Positions 12,501 to 25,500 of a stretch of DNA of 64,000 bases are shown piece by piece (the stretch's first letter is position 1; each line of letters opens with the position of its first letter). The stretch comes from Antedon mediterranea (lineage: Eukaryota > Animalia > Echinodermata). A program made the position numbers and the translations under genes. Below the pieces are notes generated by a model. That model did no database searches and was not told where the DNA came from. It saw only the letters and a list, made by a program, of their open reading frames with translations. The stretch is taken from the NCBI RefSeq assembly GCF_964355755.1, contig NC_092671.1, positions 20,212,001 to 20,276,000 on the forward strand, written 5' to 3'.

Positions 12501-12935
12501 TGAGTTAAGAAATCATGTAATAGGTACAAATCATACACTGTCATTATTATCTGAGAAGTACTGGGTACAAGCGGCTAGAGAAAAAATAAGAGAATGTGAA
12601 AAAAATTGTATGGGATGTAGGCGTAGATTAGCTAAACAAGGGGAGCAAATAATGGCTCCATTACCTAAGAATAGAACTAGAAATGAGAGTTTAAAGGCGT
12701 TTACTAGAGTCGCAGTAGACTATGCAAGTGGAGGGAACCCAAGAGGGATCTTAGGGTTGATGAAGTGGTATTAGTAGTTCAGAAAGGTAGGGTACGTGAT
12801 CAATGGCCATTGGGTAGCATAGAAGAAATATATAAAGGACCAGACGGTCATGTAAGGGTAGTTAAGGTGAAAACTAACAATGGAGATGTAATTCGAGGTA
12901 TTACAAAAATTTGTCCACTAGAGATACTTGATTAA
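9549..12935 (+). pseudogene. pol: BEL pol (PR-RT-RH-IN), frameshifted, integrase catalytic core deleted at ~12726
   Basis: ORF fragments 9549, 10040, 10862, 11337, 11770; RVAVDYA jumps directly to C-terminal KWREPKRDL..WPLG..GPDGHVRVV..ICPLE. Confidence 0.88.
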
Positions 12936-13166
12936 AAGAATGTTTTATTTTATTTTTTATTTTATTTTTATTTTATTTTATTCAATCAAAACCAACAGCG
13001 ATAAATACCGCCACTAACAGGTTTGAAACATAAAACAATACAACATCAAAAACGGTTAACAATAAAATACAGATAAAATATATATATATAAATCAAAGAG
13101 CTGCATAGGCAGGATATAGAAAAAAATCAAGATCAAATAAGTTAAAACTGCCTCAATATAGATTTA

Positions 13167-13209
13167 TTTTAACGACATGTTTCGGGCATAGCCCATCATC
13201 AGGTGAAAA
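13167..13209 (-). ncRNA. Minimal type I hammerhead ribozyme (mirror copy)
   Basis: Exact reverse complement of 13271-13313. Confidence 0.8.
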
Positions 13210-13270
13210 GAATTGTAACAAAGGATAACATATATAAGTCACATATATATGTTATCCTTTGTTACAATTC

Positions 13271-13313
13271 TTTTCACCTGATGATGGGCTATGCCCGAAA
13301 CATGTCGTTAAAA
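13271..13313 (+). ncRNA. Minimal type I hammerhead ribozyme
   Basis: CUGAUGA(13278)-U-GGGC-UAU-GCCC-GAAA-CAU-GUC; stem I UUUUCAC/GUUAAAA with one mismatch; predicted cleavage after C13306. Confidence 0.8.
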
Positions 13314-13945
13314 TAAATCTATATTGAGGCAGTTTTAACTTATTTGATCTCAAAATATATATATATATATATAAAACATAGATTGGCATGCCATAAATAA
13401 TTTCAATTAAAACAGGTTATGCAGGCTGTTCAAGAAGTGAACACATCATCGTCCTCTTAAAATAACCAAGTCTATCATTAAAAATATCGATATGATTGCT
13501 ATTTAGATTATTAAATGTATAAGGTAGTCTATGAAAAAGTCCCCTCTTAGTACAGTCGACACGGCTAAAAGGAATATGCAATAAATGTCTATTTCGTGTA
13601 CGACCAGGAACATTTAAACTAAATAGTGAAATTAATGAACAGTCATATTTAGAATTTAAAATATTATATAAAAAAACCATATCAGATATCGTTCGACGAT
13701 TGCTGACAGAATCAATGGAAAAGGCAAAATTAACACAGTTATAAGACAGGAATCGAACAAACTTCCGTTGAACAGTGTCGATTCGACGGGCCTGACATGG
13801 AGAAATTGAATTGAAAATTGCGGAACAATATTCAAGGTGAGGACGTATAATAGATTTGTATAAAGATAAAAGTGCCCTGCCGTCGTTCATAAACCTACAA
13901 TTTCTCCATATTAAGCCCATCATTCTATTAGCTTTTGACAACACA

Positions 13946-14182
13946 TTTTATTTTTTTTATTTTATTTTATTCAATTTCCAGGTAACATACAAAAATCATA
14001 AACAAGGTACGGCATCATTCAACAAAACAGAACAAAAGTACTATCAGCACCTGCGGGTAACCAAAAGTGGATCAGTTCAAAAGAACTGCACTGTCGAGTG
14101 GCTTTCCCAACTAATAGTACGAAAAACGCAATAGACATAAAAACACAGTGATAGTCTAGATGAATTCGATATCAGTAATACA
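13946..14182 (-). mobile_element. Heavily 5'-truncated copy (~235 bp) of the LINE at 42860-46490
   Basis: Near-identical reverse complement of 46260-46480 incl. stop codon, 3' UTR and A-rich tail; splits host codons HINH|VLSKA. Confidence 0.92.
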
Positions 14183-15980
14183 TGATTAATATGTGAACAA
14201 AAATTTAATTTACTATCAATAAAAATACCTAAATCTTTCCATACATAAACCATCTCAAGATCATGTCCACTCAGATTATAATTGAAGAGCACAGGCCTTT
14301 TTTTAAGTGTTATAGATAAATATTTGCATTTATTAGCATTAAGTTTTATCCCCCACTTCTCCGTCCATTCCACGAGACTATCCAGATCCTCCTGAAGTGA
14401 AAAAGCATCCTGTGGAGTGGTAATCACTTTAAACAATTTCAGATCGTCAGCAAATAAAAGAGACTCGGAATGATTAAATTTTAAAGGAAGATCGTTGATA
14501 AATTTGTATGTATTATATATATAAAATAAAAAAGGTCATGACAAAAATAGTTTAAAGGTCTAGTTTAAGTACAATGAAAATTAGTTTTTTACGAAAAGTT
14601 GCAATGAGAGATGCAATGTCCGATATTATGTTTAATATGTGTGAAAAAAATACAATGGACACCTCATTTTGCCGTGTGTGCTGGAGTGCCTTATTCACCA
14701 ACCAATACATCAATCCAGATCAGATAGAGGGTGCTGTATCATTATTCTACGTGATCATGAATACATGCCCCTTTTTAATATTTAAAAAAAAATTAGTTTG
14801 TACATACAGTAGTTTGTGATAAACTGACATTTTGAAAAGATGTTCAATAGTATGAGTTATTGCATTGTGGCATTTTCTTATATTTTACATTTTAACAATT
14901 GCTACTTAAGATACTACTTACTACTTGCTTTCTTTATGCGCTTTCCTTATATATAGCCTTTTAGCTGCTTGGACTCACGCCCACTCCTTGTTATTACTAC
15001 GTTAGATCGCGCTGACACAGAGTCATACTTCTGATTATTGGTTTTTATATAGTGGTACTTGGGCCTTCATTGGGCTCATCCTCAACATCACTACTTATCT
15101 TACTGCTATCTAACGGTCCATTTTTTTCTTTTGTTGGATGAATGTGCTTGCTATTTCTTTTGAATTTTCTACATCTGCTGCTTTCTACTTTCCATACTCC
15201 CATTTGTTTCCGTTTTGAAATCTAACCTTCTGTCCTTCATTCAATAGAGGTATGGGCTTAGATGCATGTTGATCATAATAGTACTTTTGTTTGTCCTGTC
15301 TAGCACATAGTTGCTTGTACACAATTGGTATGTATTGTGGTCTTAGCAGTCCAGGTTTAGTGGGGAGCTTTGACCTTAAAAGTCTTCCATTTAGTAACTG
15401 GCTTGGACTGTATCCGTATGTTCCATCCAGTGGTGTATTTCTCAATTCGAGAAGGGCATTATAAACACATTCGTTCGATTTAGTGCACTTCTTGATTATG
15501 TTTTTTACAGTTTTAACATTGTTTTCGGCTTGACCATTGGATTGAGAGTGGGTTTGACTGATTGTAATATGCTTATAATGCCCCATTCTCTCATCATGTT
15601 TGAGTATTCTTCACTCGAATAACACGGACCGTTATCACTAATGATAATTTGTGGTCCACCTTGTCTTGCAAAGACGTCCAATAGCTTTAATACTGAGCTT
15701 GCAGTCTTATCTGGTATTTCTATGACCTCAGGGAATTTCGAGTAATAGTCTGTTAGTATCAGTTCCTTGCCTGAATCTCAAACAAATCTGTTCCTATTTT
15801 AACCCAGGGTGCATCTGGCAACTCGTGTGGAATCACCGGCTCTTTTGGCCTTTGTGGTTTTATCTCCATGCATGTTTCACACTGTGAGACGATTTCTTCT
15901 ATTTGGGCGTTCATTCCTGGCCAGAACATTATCCCTTTAGGCCTTGATTTAGATTTTACCATACCCTGGTGGCTTGCATG

Positions 15981-17043
15981 GGGTGTCACGAAACCTAAGA
16001 CCACGAAAGCTAAGACCCCCTAAGACTTAAGATCACGAAAGCTAAGACCCAAGACCTAAGATTACAAATTCTAAGATATACTACAGCTTAAAAACAATAC
16101 TTGCTTATCCATACATAATTTTAAACACAGTAGGTTTCATTTATTACCATAAATATAATTGAATACTACCGCAAAACATAGATAAACTCACATTATTTTC
16201 GCCCGTTGAGTAAATGTATATTTTTTCTTTACAACAAACAAACTTGACGGGTTGTTTGTTGGTATATATTTACTCCAATGTGTTGGTTCAGAGGATGTTT
16301 TTCTTTCGCACCTGCCTTTCTTGTATTTTGACTCCAAATTTGTTGACTAACTTTATCCTGAATACCACACTTTAAAATTAGGACTTATATAAGTACTTTC
16401 AGAAGGAGAAACACATAATAACAAATAAATAAATCCTTTAAATTGATGATTTTACAGACGTGTTTCTTTGTATACTGTAATGTAACTCCTCGAGCTCCCC
16501 ATGCTCAATGTTTTTGTTTCTATGGAGCGCCAAAAGAGCAACAATAATAGTACAAGTATAAAAACAGAAAGAAAACGAAACAAAAAAACTTATCATAATT
16601 TTTAAGTTAAAATTTATTTGCCAGTATTTATTTCTTCGTACTTGCATGATTATACTATTATCATTACAATTTTAATTTTACATTGTTCCCTCCACACTGT
16701 AGATGGTGGACTCCACAGAGTTTTCAGCCCTCTATATAATTTTTGCTCTTTCGACGTTCCATAGAAACGAAAACATTGAACATGGGGTAGGCCTACTTCT
16801 AGTGTGCTGTAGGCTAGTCATTTTGTGTGCGAGAAAAACGTCTGTAAAATCATCAATTTAAAAATGTATTTGTTACTTTTTATGTGATTCTTTTTCATGA
16901 AAGTGCCAATTCTAAGGTGTGGTATTCAGAATAAATGTTGGGAGTTGGGAAGGCAGGTGCGAAAGATAAATATTTGTAATCTTAGGTCTTGGGTCTTAGC
17001 TTTCGTGATCTTAGCTTTCGTGGTCTTAGGTTTCGTGACACCC
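15981..17043. mobile_element. Mutator/Phantom-like non-autonomous element, copy 1
   Basis: TIR GGGTGTCACGAAA with CTAAGA subrepeats; 10-bp TSD GGCTTGCATG. Confidence 0.9.
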
Positions 17044-17393
17044 GGCTTGCATGTAGCTTTTTTAGCATCTCTTCTTGCATTTTTCTTGGGATAACTATTT
17101 GATTATTTTTAAATATGACGTCGTCGCAGCATGAGAGGTAGCTCCTGTATATGGCCTTGCTGGCGAATCATTGGCTAGGGTTTTAATGTGTTCCGGCCAA
17201 CCACTTGAATTAATGTCTTAACTTGTGCGAGTGTTTTGTTGTTATTTGTCATTAGTTTGACTTGTTGGAGCTTTTCATCAAAGATGGGTAGTTGCGAGAT
17301 TACGCTTAACACTAACGGCTGTCTTCTTCTTTGTCTTTCGGTTTATCGTTAAGGGTTGCTCTACTTAATGTATCCGCGATTACATTGTCTTTA

Positions 17394-19113
17394 GGCATCA
17401 TCTACAAATTATTTCAGACCACAAATCAGCGTCCAGACGCGTTTTCTATTGTTTACCCAAAAACGCGTCTCAAAACCCGTCTGATTTGGCTGCGTCTAGA
17501 CGCCAATATGCATGTTCGACTATGGCCCCGCCCCTATATACGGCTGACTGCACATTGTTATACTCTGTACTGGTGTTAAACGCGCTACATACAAATTACA
17601 AGTGAATTCATTGAGAGCGTGATATTAAATTATTATTTACAACCGGCAGTAAGACAAACAAATCAGTACAGGTATACCCTTTAACCGCCGACAGAGTATA
17701 CTGTAAAGCGCAAATTTTCGTTTCTATTTATTCGCGACCTTTTATTTTTGCGATTTTATTTTTCTTGTGCTAAAGAGTGAATTTACCACATGCAAAAACG
17801 TTAAAGTTAACTTTTGGAACATGGAATCACTCAAACTATTGACCTACAGTACAGAAAGAAAATATTGCAACTTTACCTACGAAGTAGCTTCGTAGGCTAC
17901 GTTGTTGGCTTCGTAGGTTCCATTGTTTGGCTTCGTAACCTCAATAAACAACTTTCAATGAGCTATGTTCTGAACTTCGTAACCTAAATAAACAACCCTA
18001 CGATGTTCTTAGTGAAGTAAGAAGGTGTGAAATTAATGTGTTAAATTTAACTGGCGGAGGACCAAGTTGTAAATATATAATATTTTTTTAATCGTAATCG
18101 TTTCCTTCGTGCGTGTTTACCTACTCAACGGCGAATATAAATATAAATTTCCCACGATGTAAACGTAGAGACGCGCGATCCAACACAGGTGAACCTCAAC
18201 GAACAGGCCAACTAATAAACATATTATAGCGAATGTCCAGTCCATCCAGAATGATGCCGAGAAAAAAAGATCGTAAACAATTCATTCTAAATATAGTATC
18301 AGAACGTTTTCAGTCGGTCGCTCAAAAAGACTGCCGACAGAAGACCGTAATAAATACAGACCTAGTTTTTTTTGTCACATGGCATGAAACGCGATACTCT
18401 GGCGGCTGCCGTGCGTCTGACGACGATAAAACAGTAATTAAGATCGTGTACCTGGATTTTGTGTCACATGACATGAAACATAATACTCTCTCCTCTAGCT
18501 CTAAACTGCTCACATGTTTTACCCCTCCAAATTCTGGTCGCGCCTTTTTCTTTACACATGTCGTAATCATTTTAAAAGGCCTATGTTAAATCTTAATATG
18601 GAATATATATTTATTTTTCATATCCTAGCCTAGGCCTAGGTGTCGTTGTTTTTATAATTCGCTAACCCAAGGCAAGGTAGGAGCGTTAAATAATTTATAG
18701 GCCTAGTGTAGGCCTAGGCCGCCGAAACTAGGCTAGACTAGACTTTCTTTCTCTCTGCATGAGCTGAGGTCCACAGGCCAGGCCCGATGTCGTCTCATCG
18801 GCAAATTTCCGTCCAAATTAGGATAACCTAGGCCTAGTCTCAGATTTGTTGGTTCTGTGAAATGATACCAATGTTGTTTCACCATACAAGCAATACAGAC
18901 GGGTTTTAATCACTCAGACGCGTTTTCTATTGTTTTACCTACTAAACAGGGAAGACGGGTTTTAATCACACAGACGCGTCTTCGCCGCGATTGGGTAGCT
19001 CATGAATATTCATAATAGATCGTTAATGAGGTTCAGCATTGGACAGACGCGTCTGATGGGTTGCAAGTTTTCAGACGCGTCTCTGTGGTCTGAAATAATT
19101 TGTAGATGACGCC
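17394..19113. mobile_element. Non-autonomous TIR element (Harbinger-like GGC termini) in Gypsy pol
   Basis: ~29-bp TIR GGC(A/G)TCATCTACAAATTATTTCAGACCAC, subterminal CAGACGCGT repeats, TTA/TAA flanks; splits KWVPG|KDNVIADTLSR. Confidence 0.75.
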
Positions 19114-20689
19114 TAAATACCGGGCACCCATTTTAGCTTCAGGTCAACCTCTTCCACGGTTTTCATTGGGTAATGTTGTCTAAATATGGCCTTATTCAAT
19201 TCTCTAGGATCTAAACATATTCGAACTTTACCGTTCTTCTTCGCAACAGATGTGATTTGGCTGACCCACTCTGTGGGCTCAGTAACGCGCTCTATTACCC
19301 CGAGTTTGGTCATTCTTTCTAACTCCTCTTTAACTTTATCTTTGATTCTGTGCGGTAATTGAAGTGGTGGGAGTTGCTTGGGCTGTATTGACTTGTCTAC
19401 CTTAATGTCGAATTCACAGTTCTTAAGACAGCCTAAACCCTTCAAACAAATCTTTGTTTGCCTGTAGTAGTGACTCGATTTTGGCATTATAATTTACTTG
19501 TTCTTTCTCAATGGATTCCACCCGCTTAATTATGCCTAGTTGTTCACATGATTCTAAACTAAGTATAGGCGAACAAGGCCCCTTTATAATTTGGAATGTT
19601 AGCATCTGCTCAACATTTGCTTTTGATACTTTAGTTTTAAAAAGAATTTGAATTTGGCCCATTGGTTTGACTATTTTGTCACCAAATAACCTACTGTATC
19701 CTGTTTCTTTATCAATTTTCACTGAAATTCAGCATCAATTAAAGACATTACATCAGATGAGATGACATTAGCTTCAGAGCCAGTATCTATTTTTTTTTTG
19801 CTCTTGCTTTTTCATGAACTAGGCTTCTTGAATGTCGTTCATTTGACGGGTTGTACATTCATGTGCTCGGATCATGGTCAGGGCTTGTTCTACCGTCATG
19901 TTCTTGGCCTTTGCGATGAGTTTCCTTCTGGTGGTTTCATTGTGAACCCCGGCTATGATACAGTCTAGCAGCTGTTCCTCCTTGTTTGTATAATCGCAGT
20001 CTGCCAGTATGATTTTGGCTTTTGTGATGAAACTGTCAATAGCTTCTCCTTCCTTCTGTTTCAACGCTCTGAGTTGAAATCGTGCTACCCGGAAGTTTGA
20101 TTTTGGGGTGACATATGCTTCGGATTTCTCCCAATGCTTATCCACAGTTTCGTCCCCATCTGCCAGGTTCCAAGAATTTTTAATGTCACGTCCCGTTTCG
20201 CCTTCCCAAAGTAGGAGGAGTAGTAGTTTGGTTTTGTCTGGCTTGTCAGTCAGTGGGCCCTCGAAGATCAGCTTGAACTTCTTTAGTGCTTCCGGCAAAT
20301 TCTGTGCCTTCCAATCTATCGTAGGTATTGGAATTCCTGTTAATTCCGCCATATTTGTGGTCACCAGTACTTACTTCACAGTTCCTGTACTTCTGACACC
20401 ATGCAATGTCCGATATTATGTTTAATATGTGTGATTCACTAATGAAAAAAAAAATACAATGGACACCTCATTTTGCCTTGTGTGCTGGAGTGCTTTATTC
20501 ACCAACCAATTACATCAATCCACATCGGATAGAGGGCGCTGTATCATTATTCTACATGATCATGAATACAATACATTACAGAGAGGAAGAGTTAACAATA
20601 TTGGTATCTAATTGATTCCAAATTAAAGGGCAAAAAACAAAAATAAAGTGGGAAGAACTATATAGTTAATCTGAAATCTGTCGCTACTA

Positions 20690-20948
20690 AAACCAGCGTA
20701 ACCTTGCTGGATTTTCATTTCCTGTATAGAAAAAGCATAACGGACGGATCCTGGCACTCGCATGATTGTTCGCCGCCTGATTACACTGCCTGTTGCTTGT
20801 GTTGAATATGTTGAACAAGTGTACATGGACAACGAGGATGAGGTGGTTGATATGTTTCAGCACTTCGCGAATTGATGGATTACTACCGAACAACCTGGAT
20901 CTACGGAACCATTTCCACTCCTCGTGACTGGGTCGTTTACCGACAAGT
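20690..20948 (+). pseudogene. Possible degenerate Mutator (MULE) transposase fragment
   Basis: Frame-switching translation gives FHFLYRKSI..VRRLITLP..MFQHFAN*WI..PRDWVVYRQ, resembling the region before the MULE RTNN motif. Confidence 0.35.
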
Positions 20949-22338
20949 TTTAAATATACCTAAAATGCAAATTGGAGTAGAATAAGACTAATATAAAATA
21001 AACTGCAAATTATAATTAACGATAATAATAATTAAACCTAGTATTTTAATATATAATTAATAATCTATATATAAATTATGGTTAATTCTGACATAGGCGA
21101 GCACAATGCAAAAACTTCGGTACAAATCTCCGCCTTGGATACCTACCTTATCTATCTGAGATGTACCGCGAAACGTAGATTTGATAACATTAGTGTTCAC
21201 AGCGACGCTATTGTTCCATATTTCTATCTTAGGAAGATGTTATAAAGAGTTTTTTAACACAATTTATGATTTCAACATTAGATTTTCATCTCAATTTCAA
21301 TTCTTCCCGGTCAAAGTAATTTCCGGGTTTAAGATAAGTTCACTGCAACAACCTGGTTTCAAATATTTTCTCTCTTCTATACACAAGGGAGCAGTTAAAA
21401 TAATAGATTTGACCCTAAAGGTGACTGGAAACAGGCACTTTCCATCAATCAATACAGTGTCCCTTTGGAAGACGAAAAAAAACTCAGATATATCCATTTC
21501 AGTTTTTGGTTTATTTTAAAACATACCGCGCGCATGTGTGAAGGTACAGTAGTTAAATAATAGGAATTATACTGCAAATTAATAAAGATCAAATTAAATA
21601 TACGCCATAAAGAATCAGAATATATTGTGGGGAATAGTATTATAAAATTACATAGGGAGATTTGATGATAAGACATTTTTCGAGTGAAATCCTGATAGCT
21701 GAGTTTTATTGAGTAAGCTTGCAGGCATAACTGTAGGCTATCTTCCTGTGTCCCGTTAGGACCGAGATGTCTGCCCATGTCTTCTTTCTTGGGCCCACTC
21801 TGTCACGGCAGTTAGTTTCAAAAGATGATTAAATTAAATAATGTATTAATAATTATTAGGATGGTATTCATTTGAATAAACGCCTCTCCAATAAAACATC
21901 ACTTTGAATAATAACCCCCCCCCCCCACCCCCAACCCAACTATCTAATAAACGTCCATCCACATATTTATAATAACACAATTATACTATTTGTAGTAGAA
22001 TTCACCGCACTGTTATCTACAATTTACCAAGCATTTGTTATTCTTTTTTACCACTTTTCATATCTATTAGAGGATTTCATTTGATTATAAATGTTACCAT
22101 TATTAAAACTAAAAAATTTAACATATATCCCTCGAATAAGCACCTCCCTCAAATGACATCCGCCTCCACAAAGGGCCCTACCAAACAATAAAAACTATAC
22201 TTTCAAATGTTATTAATCATCTAACACTGTGAAACGAAGTAGTTTAGTTTTACGAATGTCAAGCATTTTCAATAATGGTAACCGACAGAAAACGTATAAG
22301 GAGAACATTATCATTCCGAGAACCATCGTCTACACTTC

Positions 22339-22375
22339 CTAGAGGGGGAGCGAGCGAAGCGAGCTCACCCTCTAG
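22339..22375. repeat. GC-rich hairpin ending CTAG-T, possible Helitron/Helentron-type terminus
   Basis: CTAGAGGG..GAGC GAGCGAAGCGA GCTC..CCCTCTAG. Confidence 0.4.
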
Positions 22376-22569
22376 TTGTATAAATGAAGCCTACAGTATG
22401 TCACCATGTATAGTACTTCAGTGGGATATATAAAATATACCAAGATAATAACATTTCCATATCTGACGTGACCATGTCCAAACTGACTGACAATATTGTG
22501 TATTGGGTACACTTAGCTAACCTGATCAAAGTTCAACATTGCTTTCCTCTGAATCAGAGGCGGTAGATG

Positions 22570-25500
22570 GTTGAGTGTTTTCACATTTCCTCTGATGCCT
22601 CACACATGCACATTTCAGTGCAAACAACATTTGCTCATTTGCAGGAGCAGCGTGCGGTTGAACATCTGTTTTTGGCACACTTGCACCTGACAAGTTCGAG
22701 GACAGCTTTTGGTGCAGGTGACAGGACGGTATGTTTTGTCGTCAATGGTTCATCCATAGTTTGATGGATCTGGTAGTTGTGGCTTTGCTATTCTATCATG
22801 ATTCCACACCATCACCTGATAATGAGCACGCTTAATGTGCTGTTCGAGTGCGCCTTTTGTTGGTGGTAATTTTTCGGATTCTGCAAACGACTTTTTAAAC
22901 ATTTGCCATCAGACTGATGAAATTTCATTCATATTAGTACCTGGTACATAACACTGACAAACAAATGTTTCTAATGTTCTCTTCATTTCAGAACAAACTG
23001 TGTCTGTGGTGCCCAGTTGTGCGAATACTGATTGTACGTTATCACATGACTTTTTTAGATGTCTCCACCATCTTGTTTTTCCTTTTCCAGCAAAACGACC
23101 AGTTGTGTCACAACCGGTAAATGCGTGGAAGCCTGGCAGAACAGCACCTATTGCTTCATAGATTGGTCTAGTGCGCCTCTTGTTGCCAACACCTGTAATG
23201 AATGAAGGATTCTGTCCTAAGTCGGGATATCGCCTTAATGCAAGCAACATAACATCGGTATATGGTGAGATTATTTTGACCTCTTTATCTAAACTGGCCA
23301 CATGGAGGGTATTAGTGAATACCCTCCATGAAGTATTAGTAATGTGTCTGCCTCTTCCTGTGTGCTTGAAAGATTATCAACATCGCCCTTGTTAGAAATA
23401 GCTCCTTGTTCTGTTGATACAATTACTTCTGTGTTATGTGATTCAAAGTGTGATATAATTGTGTTTGCTAAATAGTAGGTCAAACTAGCCTTTGTCATGT
23501 TGTGTGCTATGAATTGCTTGAACGTTGTCCGAATTGGTGTGGCATCGGTACATATATGTGATTTATCCACGCCAGTTTTTGTATTTGTCATTCACCGATT
23601 TCGGGTTTGTTGCTTCAGTGAAATTGGTACATCATAGTGGTCAAATACCATGTGAACAGACTGGTGACTTTGTATATTTTTGGTTAACCATTGATTAATT
23701 TTGTTAGCTAAAATTTTGCATGACGTCGTGTCACTTGATCCAAGTTGTTGAACAATAACCAGAGCTTGTTGGCGTGGTACAAATGTGTCCATTTGGTTTT
23801 CATTATTGACAGTACAATCTTCCAACTCGTCCATAAGCTTGTACTTATCGTTACAAGGTAACAGTGTACCATCTGCTGCAAACAATGAATGAGCTACATT
23901 TGAAAATTCATACTGACCAACTGCGCTTTCAATATCAATTTCTGGACGTGACCTTGCAACAATTGCCATACGGGCAAAAAGCGATCGATTCTCTTTCAAT
24001 TCAAATGATTGTTGTGCAAATGTCACAGAACATTTTTTTCCTGCGGATGTCCAGCGCTGCAATTTAACCTTTGTGACTTTATCTCATAAGCTTTTATCGC
24101 CAATGATTCTCTTTTGGACAAAGTCGTTATAAGCATCGATTCCACAAGTCTCTTGCCTGAGAATGTCATCTCGAATTGTGTCTGGTATAACAGATTTGGT
24201 AATGACATTGACTAGTTGATTGCCAAAATGGATTCATTTCCTGTAGTACAGATTTCAATTTTGTAACCTTTAATTCTTGTTTTCGATTAACTGTGGGAGA
24301 CATTTCATGATGTACGCTACGCTTTTCTCGATAAAATCCCTGTCTCAGATGATAATTTCTGTAATTCTGGTGCAATTAGGAAGAACCGCTGCAGAGCTGC
24401 CGGCTTCTGTGTAATGCCCTTTAAGCCTCCAAAAACTTTCAATCGCCTGTTCTCTTGCTCTAAACCATGATCCACACCCAAACTACAGAAACTGAGGTCT
24501 GTTTTCTTAACACAGAAATTCCCTTCTAAAAATTGTTTCCATACATCAGGGTCAGTTGTTTGTAGGCTGTACATCTTTGACAGGTACTCTGGGACGTGCT
24601 GTGCATATTTTAACCTATTTTGGCTAAAAAAATAGATACATAATTTCTCCAGTGAAGTGAGATGAAGAATCCAGTCTCCCTGCTGGGATGCTTTTATGAA
24701 CTGCATAAGAGTGAGAACCATGTCCATGTACATTAACATTACTCTGAATGTTGGCGAAGAAGCGCTACGTTGTGTAGTGAATAAATGCAATTTCTTTTGT
24801 AGGTCACTGACTAAAATTGATCATTTGAGATCTTTTTTGCTGTGCTTGAATCATTTTCACTACATGCTGTCTGCAGAAGATCTGATTTTGCAGTAAGTGT
24901 CTCGGGGAGTGACCCGTTGGAGGATTGGTATTCATCCATTAGAAGATCATGCAACGCTTGTAGCGTAATGATATGTGCTATTACGCCTCTTTTCATATGT
25001 CGCCCTTCAAGTATTTGTCTGGTTGTTGTAGGACCATAGATATCAGCTTCAATCCATGCATCATCAATTCCACTGGCCTCTATAGAACTACCAATAGCAC
25101 GAAGTGCACATAGAACTGTATGGAATTCGCCTACTCTTAAAATGCAGTTCTTTGTCATTTCAGGTTTTAGGGATTGTAGTTTGACTGCCTTCATATACAG
25201 GTCCATGTCCAATGTAACAATGGTCTTTCTGTTTGGTCCAACAATCTGACAATTTATGTGCGGCGCATGCTTTAACACAGTAAGCAATGTGGACCATTCA
25301 TGAGCAGGTGCTGGTATAGTGGAAGGGTTTGTATTTGTGTAAATGGTCTCTCATCATCTGTTACAATAGAGTTATAAGCCGCCCATGGTGGTATAAACTC
25401 AGTGGTTGACGTTTGATAATCAGTGTTTACAGTTTCAGTCGATGAGCTTTCAGAATGATGGTTTTCTTCATTAGTTTTATACTTAGCTACAAGCTAGGAA

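Larger units (their letters stand above)
3869..12935 (+). mobile_element. BEL/Pao LTR retrotransposon, decayed; 5' LTR interrupted by the LINE, 3' LTR not seen
   Basis: LTR remnant ending ..GTACA (3930), PBS, gag (4100-4870, 9278-9600, Cys/His knuckles), protease LLDDGSTQTY, RT (LVFDAAA, YMDD), RNase H (FVDAS, IPTKLNPADVASRG), integrase zinc finger; many frameshifts. Confidence 0.9.
13130..13350. repeat. Perfect inverted repeat (107-bp arms, 7-nt spacer), Penelope-like pseudo-LTR remnant
   Basis: 13130-13236 is the reverse complement of 13244-13350; each arm holds a hammerhead core. Confidence 0.9.
12944..14503 (-). mobile_element. 5'-truncated CR1/Jockey-group LINE (RT C-terminal half), carrying two insertions
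   Basis: (TAAAA)n-type tail at 12944-12982; FINDLP, LFADDLK, KDLG, RPHLEY motifs on minus strand. Confidence 0.85.
14612..20580 (-). mobile_element. Gypsy LTR retrotransposon, internally deleted and decayed
   Basis: LTRs 20402-20580 and 14612-~14766 (TGCAATGT..ACATTACA), GAGA TSD, PBS TGGTGTCAGAAG (tRNA-Leu) 20390-20401, PPT ~14768-14776, gag 19819-20364, IDTGSEANV protease, RT start, integrase 15185-15970. Confidence 0.9.

Noticed and set aside
15981-16080. CTAAGA-periodic repeats and the TTGCGCAA arrays (27180-27936) as CRISPR-like arrays
   Set aside because: No unique spacers of constant length; they are subrepeats inside TIRs bounded by TSDs in eukaryotic DNA
16438-16647. Repeated 69-aa ORF (again at 61452) as a conserved small protein
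   Set aside because: Identity reflects recent MITE duplication; the copy at ~29300 does not keep this ORF
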